Origin: Entomortierella parvispora E1425
Lineage: Eukaryota > Fungi > Mortierellomycota
Assembly: GCA_020891255.1 (NCBI GenBank)
Contig: BQFW01000003.1
Location: forward strand, 186,001-250,000
Direction of reading: 5' to 3'
DNA: 64,000 bases
The notes beneath the pieces were generated by a model. That model worked only from the letters and a program-made list of their open reading frames with translations. It was not told the DNA's origin and ran no database searches. Each line of letters opens with the position of its first letter. The stretch's first letter is position 1. The translations under genes and the position numbers were made by a program. Below are positions 25,806 to 37,110 of the stretch, piece after piece.

Positions 25806-25911
25806 CCGTACCTTTCCCCTGTTGGGACTGCGTCCCGCGCTTCCCCTTTCAGCCATGCATTGCATCACTTCCATGATGCTCATTTGTCCTGCATCCTCAG
25901 CAACCCATCTT

Positions 25912-26468
25912 ATGGACATGACCATCGCCACTACTGCCAGGCGGACCTACAATGCCGCCATGACCAAGGTCTTTGCTCAGAACCAGATCCAGGCCACAGC
26001 AAAGACAACAGCCTCGACCAGGTTACCTTTCAGACCAACAGACAGAGCCGCCAACAGTACGACACAAGCACAAAAGGACATTCAGGATCCGTCTTCTATT
26101 ACTGGCCTCAGGTTTTGTCTCCATATGGTCGCCTTTGCGACACCCGGAGTCTTTCTCGCCAAGAAACTCAGTGACGGAGAGAATCTGCCAGATATGATTC
26201 AGCAATACAAGGAGACAGCTTCGCGTTTCGTGGACAACTTCCGTTGAGCATCGGAGAGTCGAATCAGCTCTCCTTCAGCTTTGCAGCGCCTCTCGAGGCC
26301 CTTCCTGAGGACATTTTAGAGGATAATGCGCTTCCGGGTCGAGTCTCCAGGGAAAGGATTCCTATGGCGGGTGAACCTCAATCTGCCAGGAATCCGATCA
26401 ACATCGACCACCATATACCCGATATTCAATTACATCCCCACCACTTTACAGGATCAGGAGAGTCTTGA
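25912..26468 (+). CDS. Small hypothetical protein with mitochondrial-presequence-like N-terminus and one TM segment. It is 111 aa to the TGA at 26247, or about 185 aa if the overlapping -1 frame ORF 26244..26468 is joined.
   Basis: R/T/A-rich, acid-poor N-terminus and hydrophobic LRFCLHMVAFATPGVFLA. The second ORF overlaps the first stop (TTGA), keeps coding-like composition and is followed by AATAAA at about 26487. Confidence 0.55.
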
Positions 26469-26523
26469 ATTCAGCCCAAGCAGCAAATAAACTGGTTTAT
26501 TTTGTTCAATGGCACTTTGGGAA

Positions 26524-27848
26524 CTATTTCGTGGAAAATTTAAAAGTGGTCAAGGATTCATATCTGTCGCCCGGTTGCAGAATGACTTGTTGCTTCCAAG
26601 TTTCATGATGGATCGCGTCTGGAAACTTTGACGTCTCCAGACAGAAACCAGAGTGGGGCTGATATCCCCCGCGCGCTTTTCCAACATGAGTAAACGGACG
26701 ACTACCTTGCTCGGAAACCATTAGAGGATTCGTAGAGGTGGCTCCTACATCGACAATGTCACGGTCCACCTGAACCCAGTTCGCAGTGTAGAGTTGAAAC
26801 CCTGGCTCTGTAGTCGCCATATCGAGCTGAATCCCAGAGTCTGGAGAATACACAGAGACAAGCGGAACGGGTCTTTGGCGATGGATATCGTTCTTGACCC
26901 CATAGTCTTCTGGATTCTCCAATGCTTGCTTGACTGGATAGAAGTGATCGTACCCAATGCCTCCTCCAGGCGTTTCCTTGATGTCTTGACCAAACTCTTT
27001 TGCAGTTCGAAAGTCCATGGAAGGGACTTGTTCAAGAGGAAGAATCTTTCCTGTGGGGATAGATGTAGAATCTGTTTCTAGATAGCTGTCAATGTTTTGG
27101 ACTTTCATGACATGGTTTGTCACTAAAGCTGTCGAGGATGGCGCGGTTTCATCGTCCTTGTTTGTCGGCACGCCATTGAGATTGAAATACGAGTGATTGG
27201 TGAGTGAGGCAATCGTTGCCTGCTTTGCAAGGCTAGTATCGTTGCTATCAAGGCACGCCTCGTAAGAGATCTCGAGGGTGTACTCTATGAGACGAACAGT
27301 GCAATACACCTTCAATCGTCCAGGGAACCCCTGATCCATATGCTCCGAAAGTAGGCCCATGCGAATGCTTGTGCCTCTCTCAAAAGTTTCCTTCGTGGCC
27401 GACTCCACGTCCCAAAGTCGACAACTGAATCCGTCAATGCCGCCATGAAGAGAGTTGGGTCCGTTGTTGCAGTCGAGGCGATAGACAGTGCCAGGTTGGT
27501 CGGGTAATGTGAATTCTCCCTTTGCAATTCTACGGTAGTCGAAGACCTCTGCGTTAAAAAAAACAGCTTTCTTATCATTCCAAACATTGACCATTACCTG
27601 TTTGCAGTTCTTCCCACGCTTGCGCCAAAGTAGGGGTCAAGGTCAGACCGGTAGGCAGTGAGATCGTCAAAGCCCAAGACAATGTCACGCACGTTCGATT
27701 GCTTGTCTGGTACCCAGAGGTGGGTTATAGTCGCTCCCTGATTTGTGATCTGACAGGCCATATTGGGAGAGGAGGCATCGGTCAGTAGGAAAGAGCGAAG
27801 AACCTGACCCTTTGAATTTTGCGCAGGTGGTCGTTCGGTGATGGGCAT
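26524..27848 (-). CDS. Aldose 1-epimerase (galactose mutarotase, GalM-like), 418 aa
   Basis: complement(join(26524..27529,27598..27848)), 68-nt phase-2 intron. Motifs DIVLGFD, YFGASVGRTANRI, NSLHGG, LTNHSYFNL, YDH, GFQLYTAN, GFCLET. Confidence 0.93.
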
Positions 27849-28009
27849 GGTGGGAAATGAACAAAGTGCTGACGGTGAATGACAAAGAAGCATGCAGATG
27901 AATGCAAGGAAGATGTGAGGAAAAAGAAAACTTCTGTGTGCGACAGTCAATTATCTTGATAACGTTTATTGCTATGTACAGGTTGGATATTGAAAGTGGG
28001 CAGGGTCGT

Positions 28010-29128
28010 TCAGTCCAGGTCCATGTCCATGATCTTGTCTTGGAGTTCATCCATGAGGCTTGTTGCGCTATTCGACGCGGTGGCATTGTCGTCATCGGCA
28101 TCGTCCAACTCTTCGATCACCGTGGTGGATGATGATTCTGTCGTGTGGACCTTTGCTTCGGCGAGCGAATCACTGCCGCGATAGCCGCGGTAAAGAACCA
28201 ACTCATGGCCACGAGGGTCCTGTAATGAATAAATGTCGTTCGAGTCCTCGATCAGACGGTGCTTGAGAAGGGTGTCTACTCCCTCTGCCAACGACATTGA
28301 CTTTGGTCCCTGGTACCGGACCAGGGCTTGCGATTCCGGTTTGAAGATTGGCAACGGCGTCCCCGGCTCTTCGTCATCGCTCATCCAAGCATCCATCTCA
28401 GCACTTGATCTGGCGCTCTTGTTGTTGCGATACGTTTGCCTGTTCCTGATATGATCCATTCTTCCCCTGTACTTGCTTTTGTCCTTGGGCTCGCTCTGAT
28501 CCAAGAATTGAAGATGTGGCCGAGGCTTCTCCAGCCTAGCTCGTTTTGTGGGTGAAGGTAATGCTGGCGCGTGGTGCATAGTTTCGCAAAGTGATCCGTC
28601 TTCTTGTACATCAAACACTTCGCGCAGATAGTCCTCGTCCGGTGAGCATGCGTTGCTCTCACGTCTTCGCTTATGTTCACTCTCCCCCACATGTAACGCC
28701 ACTAACTCTTCTCCAGAGGATAAATCAATGATACTCGGACCATGTGATGAGGCGGTCGAAGTCTTCTTGGTCGAGGGAGCACTTTTCGCAGGATGGACAA
28801 GCTCTGGGGAGGAGATGTGGGGAGAGAGTATGGGTCTTGAAAGGGTTGATGAGCGCCTTGCCTTCTTGCATGGTCTCTTTGGGCCAGCCGAGGGAGCCAT
28901 GTCCACGGCCGCCGAGTCCAAAGCAGAGAGGAAGTCGGGTTCAAAGACGAAGGAACGCTTTCGTCGTTTGGAGGCGTCCATCTCGGGTTGCTGAACCTGA
29001 CCCAGTCTTTGGTTCAGATCATGCTGGTGCTGGAGGTCTTCCTTCTCTAGCAGATCCTTGTGGTGTCGCTGTGCAGCGGAGAGTGCCGAGTTGTAGGCTT
29101 GGAAGGGGTCGATTTGCCTAGCAAACAT
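28010..29128 (-). CDS. Hypothetical disordered nuclear-type protein, 372 aa, intronless
   Basis: Long ORF with ATG at 29128 after a CT-rich leader. Basic NLS-like clusters (KRRKRS, KRPCKKARR, SPTKRARLE), ALVRY/ELVLY motifs and acidic C-terminus. Confidence 0.75.
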   Translation of the reverse strand: MFARQIDPFQAYNSALSAAQRHHKDLLEKEDLQHQHDLNQRLGQVQQPEMDASKRRKRSFVFEPDFLSALDSAAVDMAPSAGPKRPCKKARRSSTLSRPILSPHISSPELVHPAKSAPSTKKTSTASSHGPSIIDLSSGEELVALHVGESEHKRRRESNACSPDEDYLREVFDVQEDGSLCETMHHAPALPSPTKRARLEKPRPHLQFLDQSEPKDKSKYRGRMDHIRNRQTYRNNKSARSSAEMDAWMSDDEEPGTPLPIFKPESQALVRYQGPKSMSLAEGVDTLLKHRLIEDSNDIYSLQDPRGHELVLYRGYRGSDSLAEAKVHTTESSSTTVIEELDDADDDNATASNSATSLMDELQDKIMDMDLD

Positions 29129-29527
29129 GGCGAGAGGAGCACTGTGGGCCGCGGGAAGGAGTGGCACTGTCGAATGAAGAGAACTGGGCTCAAGTGGAAG
29201 GAATGGAGATGTGAATGGTGAGGGCAAGATGGGTCAAGGAGCAGGAGCAGGAGAAGCAAAAAAAAAGGGCTGGCAGGGCTTTGCCCACTTTTTCTTTTGT
29301 ACGACTGAGACCTGACCTGCAAGGAACGCGAAGGAAGCACCGAGAACCTGGAAGAAGCCAGGGAAGTGAAAATTTGAAAGAACGAAAAAAATCGGTCACG
29401 TGCGGTGATCTAATTGCACGTGGCGGCACAGCATGTGCGACCGACTTCATTCCAGTGACATCATTTTCTTCGATTTTTTCGTTTTTTGCCCCAGGCACGA
29501 AAATGAAGCCGAGGACGAAAAATGAGC

Positions 29528-29686
29528 GAGGGAAAGAGAGGGAAAGAGAGGGACAGAGAGGGACAGAGAGGGACACAGAGGGACAGAGAGGGCAAAAAAA
29601 AAAAAAAAAAAAAAAACGCGTTCGACCAAACAAAGCCGCGTTTCGTGTGTGTGTGTTGTGTGTTGTGTGTTGTGTGTTGTGTGTGT
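29528..29686. repeat. 10-bp repeat GAGGGA(C/A)AGA x about 6, an A-run, and 7-bp (TTGTGTG)n in the divergent promoter
   Basis: Directly visible. These explain the spurious ORFs 29190..29884. Confidence 0.85.
29616..29621. promoter_or_regulatory. MCB element ACGCGT upstream of the TOS4-like gene
   Basis: Perfect MCB, with related ACGCGA at about 29324 and CCGCGTTT at about 29636. TOS4 homologues are established MBF targets in yeasts. Function here is inferred. Confidence 0.4.
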
Positions 29687-29874
29687 TCAATTGAAATCTG
29701 CTCTGTCCATCTCCTTCTCATCCTCATCGTCATCCTCCTCTCTTCCCTTGCCCGTCTCCTTCTCCTCCGTGCCTCTACCCTCCCACTCTCCACCACACAG
29801 ACCTACTCTCTGTCTGTGCTGACATCCCATCCAGCAAATTTCATCATCATCCCCCCCCCCCCCTGTCTTGTGCA

Positions 29875-32502
29875 ATGGACCTGATGACTCAGGCCGTCGA
29901 TGGTATTAATCTCCCCCATTAATTCCATTAATTAGAGCAAAGCGGACTAGAGGCTGCACCTCCGAAGCAGTTTCGCCCAACCTCCTTCAACCATGCTGAC
30001 TCGGCTTTATCTTTCACACTTTCCCCCATAGCGGACTGGAACAAAGAAAACACTGGCGGTCTGGACCTCCTCTTGAAGGCGGCCCAGAAGACGGCAACGA
30101 CGACGGTTGTGCCCAAAGTCCCTGGACAAAAGAAATCTAGGGCTCCAACAATGGCCCTCAACAGCTCCTATGATACACCCGTTATTGTGGGCCGTGGCTC
30201 CCAGGCGACCTTGAACCTCGGTCGTGTCAACAAACAGGTGTCCAGACGTCATGCCATCGTTCAGTGGTCTCCTGAAGTCGGCGCCTTTCAGATTACAGTG
30301 CTCGGACAAAATGGTGTCCGTATCAACGGCACTGGATATCCCTCGGGTCAACAGACGACTCTCCGCGGGGGCGACATTGTGGATCTGGTGGGTGTCAAGA
30401 TGCTCTTTAAGACCCCTGCTGGACCCTCTCCTCAGGAAGTGGATGGTACGCAGGATCATCATCATCAGGAGGCCTCACCTTTGGGACTGTCTACTCCTCA
30501 ACGCTCGCACGACAAATACCGCCACGGAGTAGAGCCCCAGCAGCTCCTCACCCCAACAAAGTCCTCGCCCATGAGAGATCCCTTTGGATCTCCCGCTGGC
30601 ATGGTGACGCCCACAGCTCGCATGCGCCACAAGACTCTTAAATACGACATGACTTCGACTACCAGGACTCTGTTCAACTCGCCACCTCCTTCCTCGGACG
30701 CTGGCACCGAATTTGGCTCCTCGCCCATTAGACCTCGACCCGTCTTTGATCGCTTACACGATGTTGCGCCTGCAGGATACGGAGAGGATTTCGACGCTGC
30801 CCCTGACAGCCCCCGCTCTGAGGCCAGCATCTTTTGGTCCAGTCCATCTACACCGGAAAAGAATGCGGCAGCGACTTTGACAACGCCCGCTCCTCGCGCA
30901 CCTCTGGGTTCCTTGTCTCTGAACTCCAACAGTCGCATCAACGTGGCTGCTTCGACCCAATTTTCCGCCAAAGGCCCATCACCTTTAGCCTCCCCTTCAT
31001 CCTCCCCTGCCCCCAAACCCAAGGCCACTACGCCTGTGGTTCCTAAAGTACACAAGGTTGTCCTTAGCCCACTCCCATCCAACGCCAACACCAACAACAC
31101 CGATATTCCTGCGCCAAAGCAAAAGGTAATCAAGGTCCACAGCAACAACAAGAGCGAGGACTCGGAAAATCTGCCTGCCAAGACTCTCAACAACCACAGT
31201 CAAAAGGAAAAATCGACTAAATCGACAAAGTCTTCCAGTCAGACGGCTGCTGTTGAGTCCAAGCGCCCAATGACCCCATTGAAGACAGTCAACGTAAACG
31301 TGGATTCGAACAAGCTCAAGGAGGAAAAATCCGAGAAGACCGAGAAGCTTTCAAAGAAGACAACTACAGCGACATCAACAATTAAATCATCACCGGCAAC
31401 AACGAAGGCAACAGCACCAATCGCCAAATCTACCGCCCGCACAGATTCTGCCAACACAACGATCTCATTGGAGAAACTTCACAAGGAGCTTGTGCCAAAA
31501 TTGGAGGCCGTTGCTGAGACCAAGGCAGCTCCAAAGGTGGTGGCGGCACCAGTTGTCAAGGAGGTGGTTTCTGTTGCACCAGTCGTGGTCAAGGCCAAGA
31601 CAGTGCCTGAAGTGAAATCCGTGGAGAGCGATATCTACTCTTCTTCTTCCTCCCGAGAGTCATCTCCCGAGCCATCTATGAAGAAGTCGACCATGGACTA
31701 CACAGAGATGATTATTGATACTTTGGTCTTTGCCCGCAAAAAGAAGTCCATGACCTTGACGGAGCTCTTTGATGAGATGATTACGAGTCAACCCAACATT
31801 TTGGAAAGCCAGGATATGGACGAGATCAAGGAGCAGATGCTGCAGAGTTTAACCGCAGCTCGGTGTGTGGGCAAGATCACACGCAAGGGCAAGGATGCGT
31901 ACAACAAGCCATTGGAGAACCAGTGGTACTATATTCCAGAATGCGATCATAACCTGATGCGCAAGCAGACCCGACAGGAGGTCATGCCAAGCGCCCGCAA
32001 GTGCACGCTCAAGGTAAAACTCATTTTCTCATTCATTGCAGAAAAGCTTCATATGGGAAAACGCCACTAATTCCTGTATATCATGATGGTTTCTGATATC
32101 GTCCCCCCCTTTTTTTTCTTTGCATATCTTTAGGACAAGCAATACTTCTTCAAGATGCCCCCAAAACTGCCTTACCATCGCAAGTCAGCCTCGCCCTACG
32201 CAGTCAAGCCCACAGCCTCTGCCCGCCGGGGCAAGGAGTCGAGCAAGCTCTCGGCCGATGTGGGCGAGCCCTCGTCGTCCTCGGATGATCCCGACGAGGA
32301 GCCTGAAGAGTCTGTGACGGAAGCTAGAAAGCGCAAGTCGGCAGTGGCACGCCAGGCTGACAAGAAACGTAAAGGAACGGGGGCTGCCCCCACCGCCATT
32401 GTTGCCTCTGCTGTCCAGAGCGCTGATGAAGAGGACGATGACGATGAGGTGCCCCATGACTCTTTGGATGATCTTTCAGATATCTCTGGCTTGTCAGATT
32501 AG
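29875..32502 (+). CDS. FHA-domain protein of the Tos4/Plm2 family, 743 aa from ATG 30151 or about 824 aa from ATG 29875
   Basis: join(30151..32013,32134..32502) is secure. A 5' extension via 29875..29902 plus 29936.. is uncertain. FHA motifs IVGRGS, VSRRHA, LGQNGVRING. C-terminal GKITRKGKDAYNKPLENQWYYIPECD...RKCTLKDKQYFFK motif typical of the family. Confidence 0.8.
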
Positions 32503-32637
32503 AAACTAGCGTCCTTTGACAAAAGAAAGAAACCTCAAACACTCCTCCCCCCCACCCTCTATCACTTTTTGTACCAACGCCCTTACAACACTATTTGAAT
32601 AAACACAATTAAAATACATAGAGGGGCCAGAGTTTTA

Positions 32638-35600
32638 TTAAGAGTGCTTCTTTTCAGTGTAAGGAGGTGGATTCCGCATGAACCCCTTCTTGATGAATGG
32701 GCTTGGGATATCATCCCAGTCCATGGCCACATCTTCGCCTCTGTTAAAAATATCGCTGGGGGACCCGGCCCGCGCCGAGCGATCATGACCGAAACGACTC
32801 TGGGGCTTCTTGGGGGTTGTAGAAAAATGGTGGGCCTCTGTGCTTGAGGAGGACTTGGGTGCAGATCCCCCAAAAGCACTCTCCGTTCCTCCCGCTCCCC
32901 CTCCTCCCTGCGAGTTGGGTTCATTAGAACCCGGGTATGATTCCACAGCAGAGGTGGATTGTGCTGTCCTAGGTCGAGGGTGGTTCTGGGGCTGGAACCG
33001 AATAGGCGCGGAGGACGTAGGGGTTGTTGTCGTTGTCGTTGTAGTCGAGCCATTGTTCAGTCTCCGAGAAAGATAACTTTGGTTTGAATTGGACGAGAAC
33101 AATGGGCCGGCGGTATTGGAAAATTGGAATCCTTGATTACTTTTAGTAGCTGAAACGTTGGAGACGGCTGCAGAAGACTGGTAAAGACGACTCTCGCCAA
33201 TGAGGACGGAAGAGAGTCTTGATGGATTAGAGGATAACCGATAGCTGCTGGACGACTGGTCGTCGGTCATTTGGGTATTAGAGCCTGGCGCAGTGGATGA
33301 AGCGCTAGTGGATGTTGAAAACATTTTTTGCGTAGAGTTCGAGGTGGCGGTAGTGCCGTTGCTGGATTCGTGGCTGTTGGAGGCAGATATGGTGGGGGTC
33401 TGACTATGACTCGCTGGAGTTGAGGTTGGAGTAGAGTTCGAGTTCGAGAGTGATAAAGACGCCACTAGCGTCGATGCTGATCTGGATTTTCCCCGCAATT
33501 TCCTGATATCAGCAGCAGAGGTAGTCGAAGGTGCACTCGCACTTCCTGTGGTTCCTGACAAATCTAACGGTCCTGCAGTGGAGCTGCTCATCTGACTCAA
33601 TCTACTCGAAAGTCTTGAATCCTTGCCATTGAAACCTTGAAAGTTGAAGGCCTGACTTGATGGAGCCCTGGTCGATCCTCCAACGCTCTCAGACATTTGC
33701 GCGGGTCGTCGTGGCATCGCGCTCTGAGTAGTACTCGAAGAAGTATCGCCCAACTCTGCTGCACCAAAGGGCGAGGCACCATTTTCCGTCGGCCCACTCG
33801 GATTTCTGCTTCGCAAGGCTGAGAACGACTGAAGGGAAGATCGGCCTACATTCAGTCCCGTCTTACGACGAGGAAGGGTCCTTGTACCGCTTTGGTCGGA
33901 TGCAGTTGGAACATCCCATCCTCGAAGAGAAAGCCGCTGATCCTGTAATGATGTTCTAGAGCTCGTGTTGGTAGAGAACGAGTGCGCTCCTGCGGTTTTC
34001 GATATTGTCGAAAAAATGTTTGGTTTTGCGGATGGAGCAGTCCAGTATGGCCTTGGTGCAGATTTCTGACTCTCCATGTTTATGTTGACAGAAGTGCCAT
34101 TTGAGCTTTGGTCCTTGCTGTCGATCATCATGTCGGCATCTGACTGACTCTTTGAAGTGTCGATGGCGTTGACGGGGGCCCGTTCCAAATCTCGGATGAG
34201 TTCACGTCGGCGCTCCTCTAGTTGAATCCTTTCCTGATTCAGCTTTCGCTCCCAGTCGATGAATGACGCTTCTCTGACTCGGATGAACTCTTCCCTTTGA
34301 TTGAACGCAGCCTCGGTCTTCAGAATAACCTCTTCTCTCGAGTTCAAATCTGTTTCCTTCTCTCTTAGTGTTTGCTCCGCTGCTCTCAAAGCAGCTTCGG
34401 TGTCGCGCAACATGGTCTCCTTTGACATTAGCCGCCCTTCCTGTTCACCGAGTCTCTTCCTCAACGCCGCGACCTCCTCCGTTCTAAATTTGCAAAGAAA
34501 TGTATTAGAATAGGGTCACCAGATGGGGAAAATATACACATTAGCACAAACTTACCTGCGATCAAGTTCTTGCTGCTTGGCAAAGAGCTGCAACTTTGGC
34601 ACGGTGAGGAGCTCAGTGGTCGTTGGTCTTCTCCGGGGCTACATGAAATGGATCTGGTCAGTCTCTGTGTCAAAGGACATATCTGGTCATGCATATTCTC
34701 ACGCGACTCTTACATCGACCTGGAGCATCGCTTTGACGACTTGGTTCAGTTCTTCCGAGTATCTGTTTGGTATCCTTGACACCATTCCATACTTGATCTT
34801 GGCCGTTAGCTCCGACTGCGTATCTGCAAGAAATGGTGGTAGTAAAGCACACATTTCGTATACAACACAGCCAAGAGACCAGATGTCAGACTTGGAGTCA
34901 TAGAGCGACTCGCTCAGCAGCTCAGGCGACATGTAATAGGGCGTTCCGACATATGTCTTTGCAAAGTTAAGTTTAGGGTCGGTGAGTGATCTTGAAAGCC
35001 CAAAGTCGCCCAGCTTCACATTCTTTTTGGCATCCAGGAACACTAGAAAACGATGAATCCCAAAGCCTTGTTAGTGTCTTAGACCTCGGGGCTGACACTC
35101 TATTCGCCAAGCGCATCCTTACCATTGTCGGGCTTCAAGTCTCGATGAAGAATGTGTCTTGGGATCATCTTTTGCGTTTCTTCATCCAAAACCAATCCAC
35201 AGTGACATTCGTCTAAAGCCGAAACGAGTTGCGCCATAACCCTCCAAACAAAGTCCTCCGGGATCGGCACCCTAATGGACGACATATAGAAGGCTGTTAG
35301 TCGATTGGTCCGCAAGGAGTGTCAAGAGCTCGAGGTTAAAAAGAAAGCATATGGGCACGTTACGATCGCTCTCGGTGTCTCTTGATAACAGTAGCCAGAT
35401 CTCCACCTTCACAGTATTCCATGATAATGTAGATGAAGCTGTGTTCTCGATCAATGACTCTCTCCAAAAATTCGACGATATTGGGGTGTTTGAGGTCTTT
35501 GAGGATGTTGACTTCTGACACGAGCTGCTCCTTTTCCTTGCTGGTCATTTTCCGAAAATCGATTTCCTTCCGAGCAAGAATCTACAAGAGAAGATAGAAC

Positions 35601-35844
35601 GCGTCAGAACATTGAAACATAACCTGGCAAGGAAAGAGTCTTCTCACCGCGACGGGTCAGGTAGGAGAATATGCTTGACTCCGCCTGCATGTGTGTCAAC
35701 CTCCATCCAGTTTGACATTGAGGTCATGGAGTGCGACTCTACCTGTCCATCAGCTTTCCTTCGCACTTTGCGAATCATGCCAAAGGAGCCCGAGCCGATC
35801 GACTCGAGGGCCTCGTAGTCTTCCATCTGCACGTCCTGAAGCAT
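32638..35844 (-). CDS. NIMA/Nek2-family Ser/Thr protein kinase (NimA/Kin3/Fin1-like), about 908 aa
   Basis: complement(join(32638..34483,34556..34638,34714..35042,35123..35271,35364..35581,35743..35844)). Motifs IGSGSFG, ARKEI, MEYCEGGDL, HRDLKPDN, KLGDFG, TYVGTPYYMSPE. A coiled coil and long S/T-rich tail follow. The start could be ATG 35826. Confidence 0.93.
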
Positions 35845-36314
35845 CGAAGAGATGGCGGAGCGAGGATGTGTCGGTGTGTCCGCGTCAGAGGATGGGTAGT
35901 CGACAGGGAGGCGCGACCAATGAAATTGAGAGTGATGGAATCAATGGCGAGTCAGAGGAGGAGAAGGTGAACGAAGGAAGAGGTGGAGTGCATGCATGCA
36001 GACTGGCTGTCTACTCAGTGTCTGTCTGCGGGGTGGCGAGACCTTTGGCGGCAAAACGAAGCCAGGGGGAAAGATCACATGGAAGAAGAGATATCGATCG
36101 TATGCACTGCGCTCTAGTCTTGTGACTGTTTAATCTGTTTGTCTTTTTTTCTTTTTTCTTTTTTTTGGCTTGCCTTCATTGCATGCATTACTCCTGGCAT
36201 CACATCCAATCCTAACGACCTTGCTTCTGCCCCTCTTGACATCCGCATCTCGAGCCAACTTTCTCCTTATATCTTCAAACGCAGTCTTGGAATAATACCG
36301 ACTAAACAGCCACA

Positions 36315-37110
36315 ATGGTACTTGTCATTGCATTGGTCAACGCTGTCTGTTAATGGCTCTGTAACTGACCTATTGTTGCCATTTCATCCATTCTACAGGG
36401 CAAGACCAAGACCACAAAGAAGTTTGCGCTCGTTAAGCGTATCATCAACCCCAACGATGCACGCCTCAAGGCAAATCAGGAGAAGCTGAAGAAGAAGGAA
36501 GAAGAAAAGGAAAAGAAGGCTGTCCGACACATGTAAGGATCCAGTGGACAAGAGAACGCAAACCTGGAACCTGAAACTGCAAAGGAAAGCAATCTCCAGT
36601 TGAACTGACTTGGGACCCCCAACTCTGGCCTTTTTTTTTTTTTCTTCAACAACTAGTCCTCAGGTCGCCTCGTCCATGTTCTTCAACTACAACTCTGCTC
36701 TTGGACCTCCATACAGGATCTTGGTGGATACCAACTTTATCAACTTCTCCATCCAAAACAAAATTGAGCTGATCAAGGGCATGATGGACTGTCTCTACGC
36801 CAAATCGATTCCCTGCATCACGGACTGTGTCATGGCCGAGTTGGAAAAGCTGGGACCCAAGTTCAAGGTGGCGCTGAGGGTAGCACGTGACCCTCGTTTC
36901 GAGCGTTTGCCATGCACACACAAGGGAACCTACGCCGATGACTGCCTTGTGGAGCGTGTGATGCAGCACAAATGTTATATTGTCGCCACTTGTGATCGTG
37001 ACTTGAAGCGCAGGATAAGAAAGATCCCCGGTATCCCAATCATGTATCTGAGCCAGCGCAAGTATACCATTGAGCGCTTGCCAGAAGCCTATGGTGCCCC
37101 CACCAACTAA
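36315..37110 (+). CDS. FCF1: rRNA-processing PIN-domain protein Fcf1/Utp24, 196 aa
   Basis: join(36315..36317,36399..36532,36657..37110), with an ATG-only first exon. Motifs [57 protein letters not shown]. Confidence 0.96.

Noticed and set aside
12102-27848. UGP1 and aldose 1-epimerase as a galactose (Leloir) cluster
   Set aside because: They are separated by unrelated genes (kanadaptin-like, esterase, RPN1) and no GAL1, GAL7 or GAL10 epimerase is in the window.
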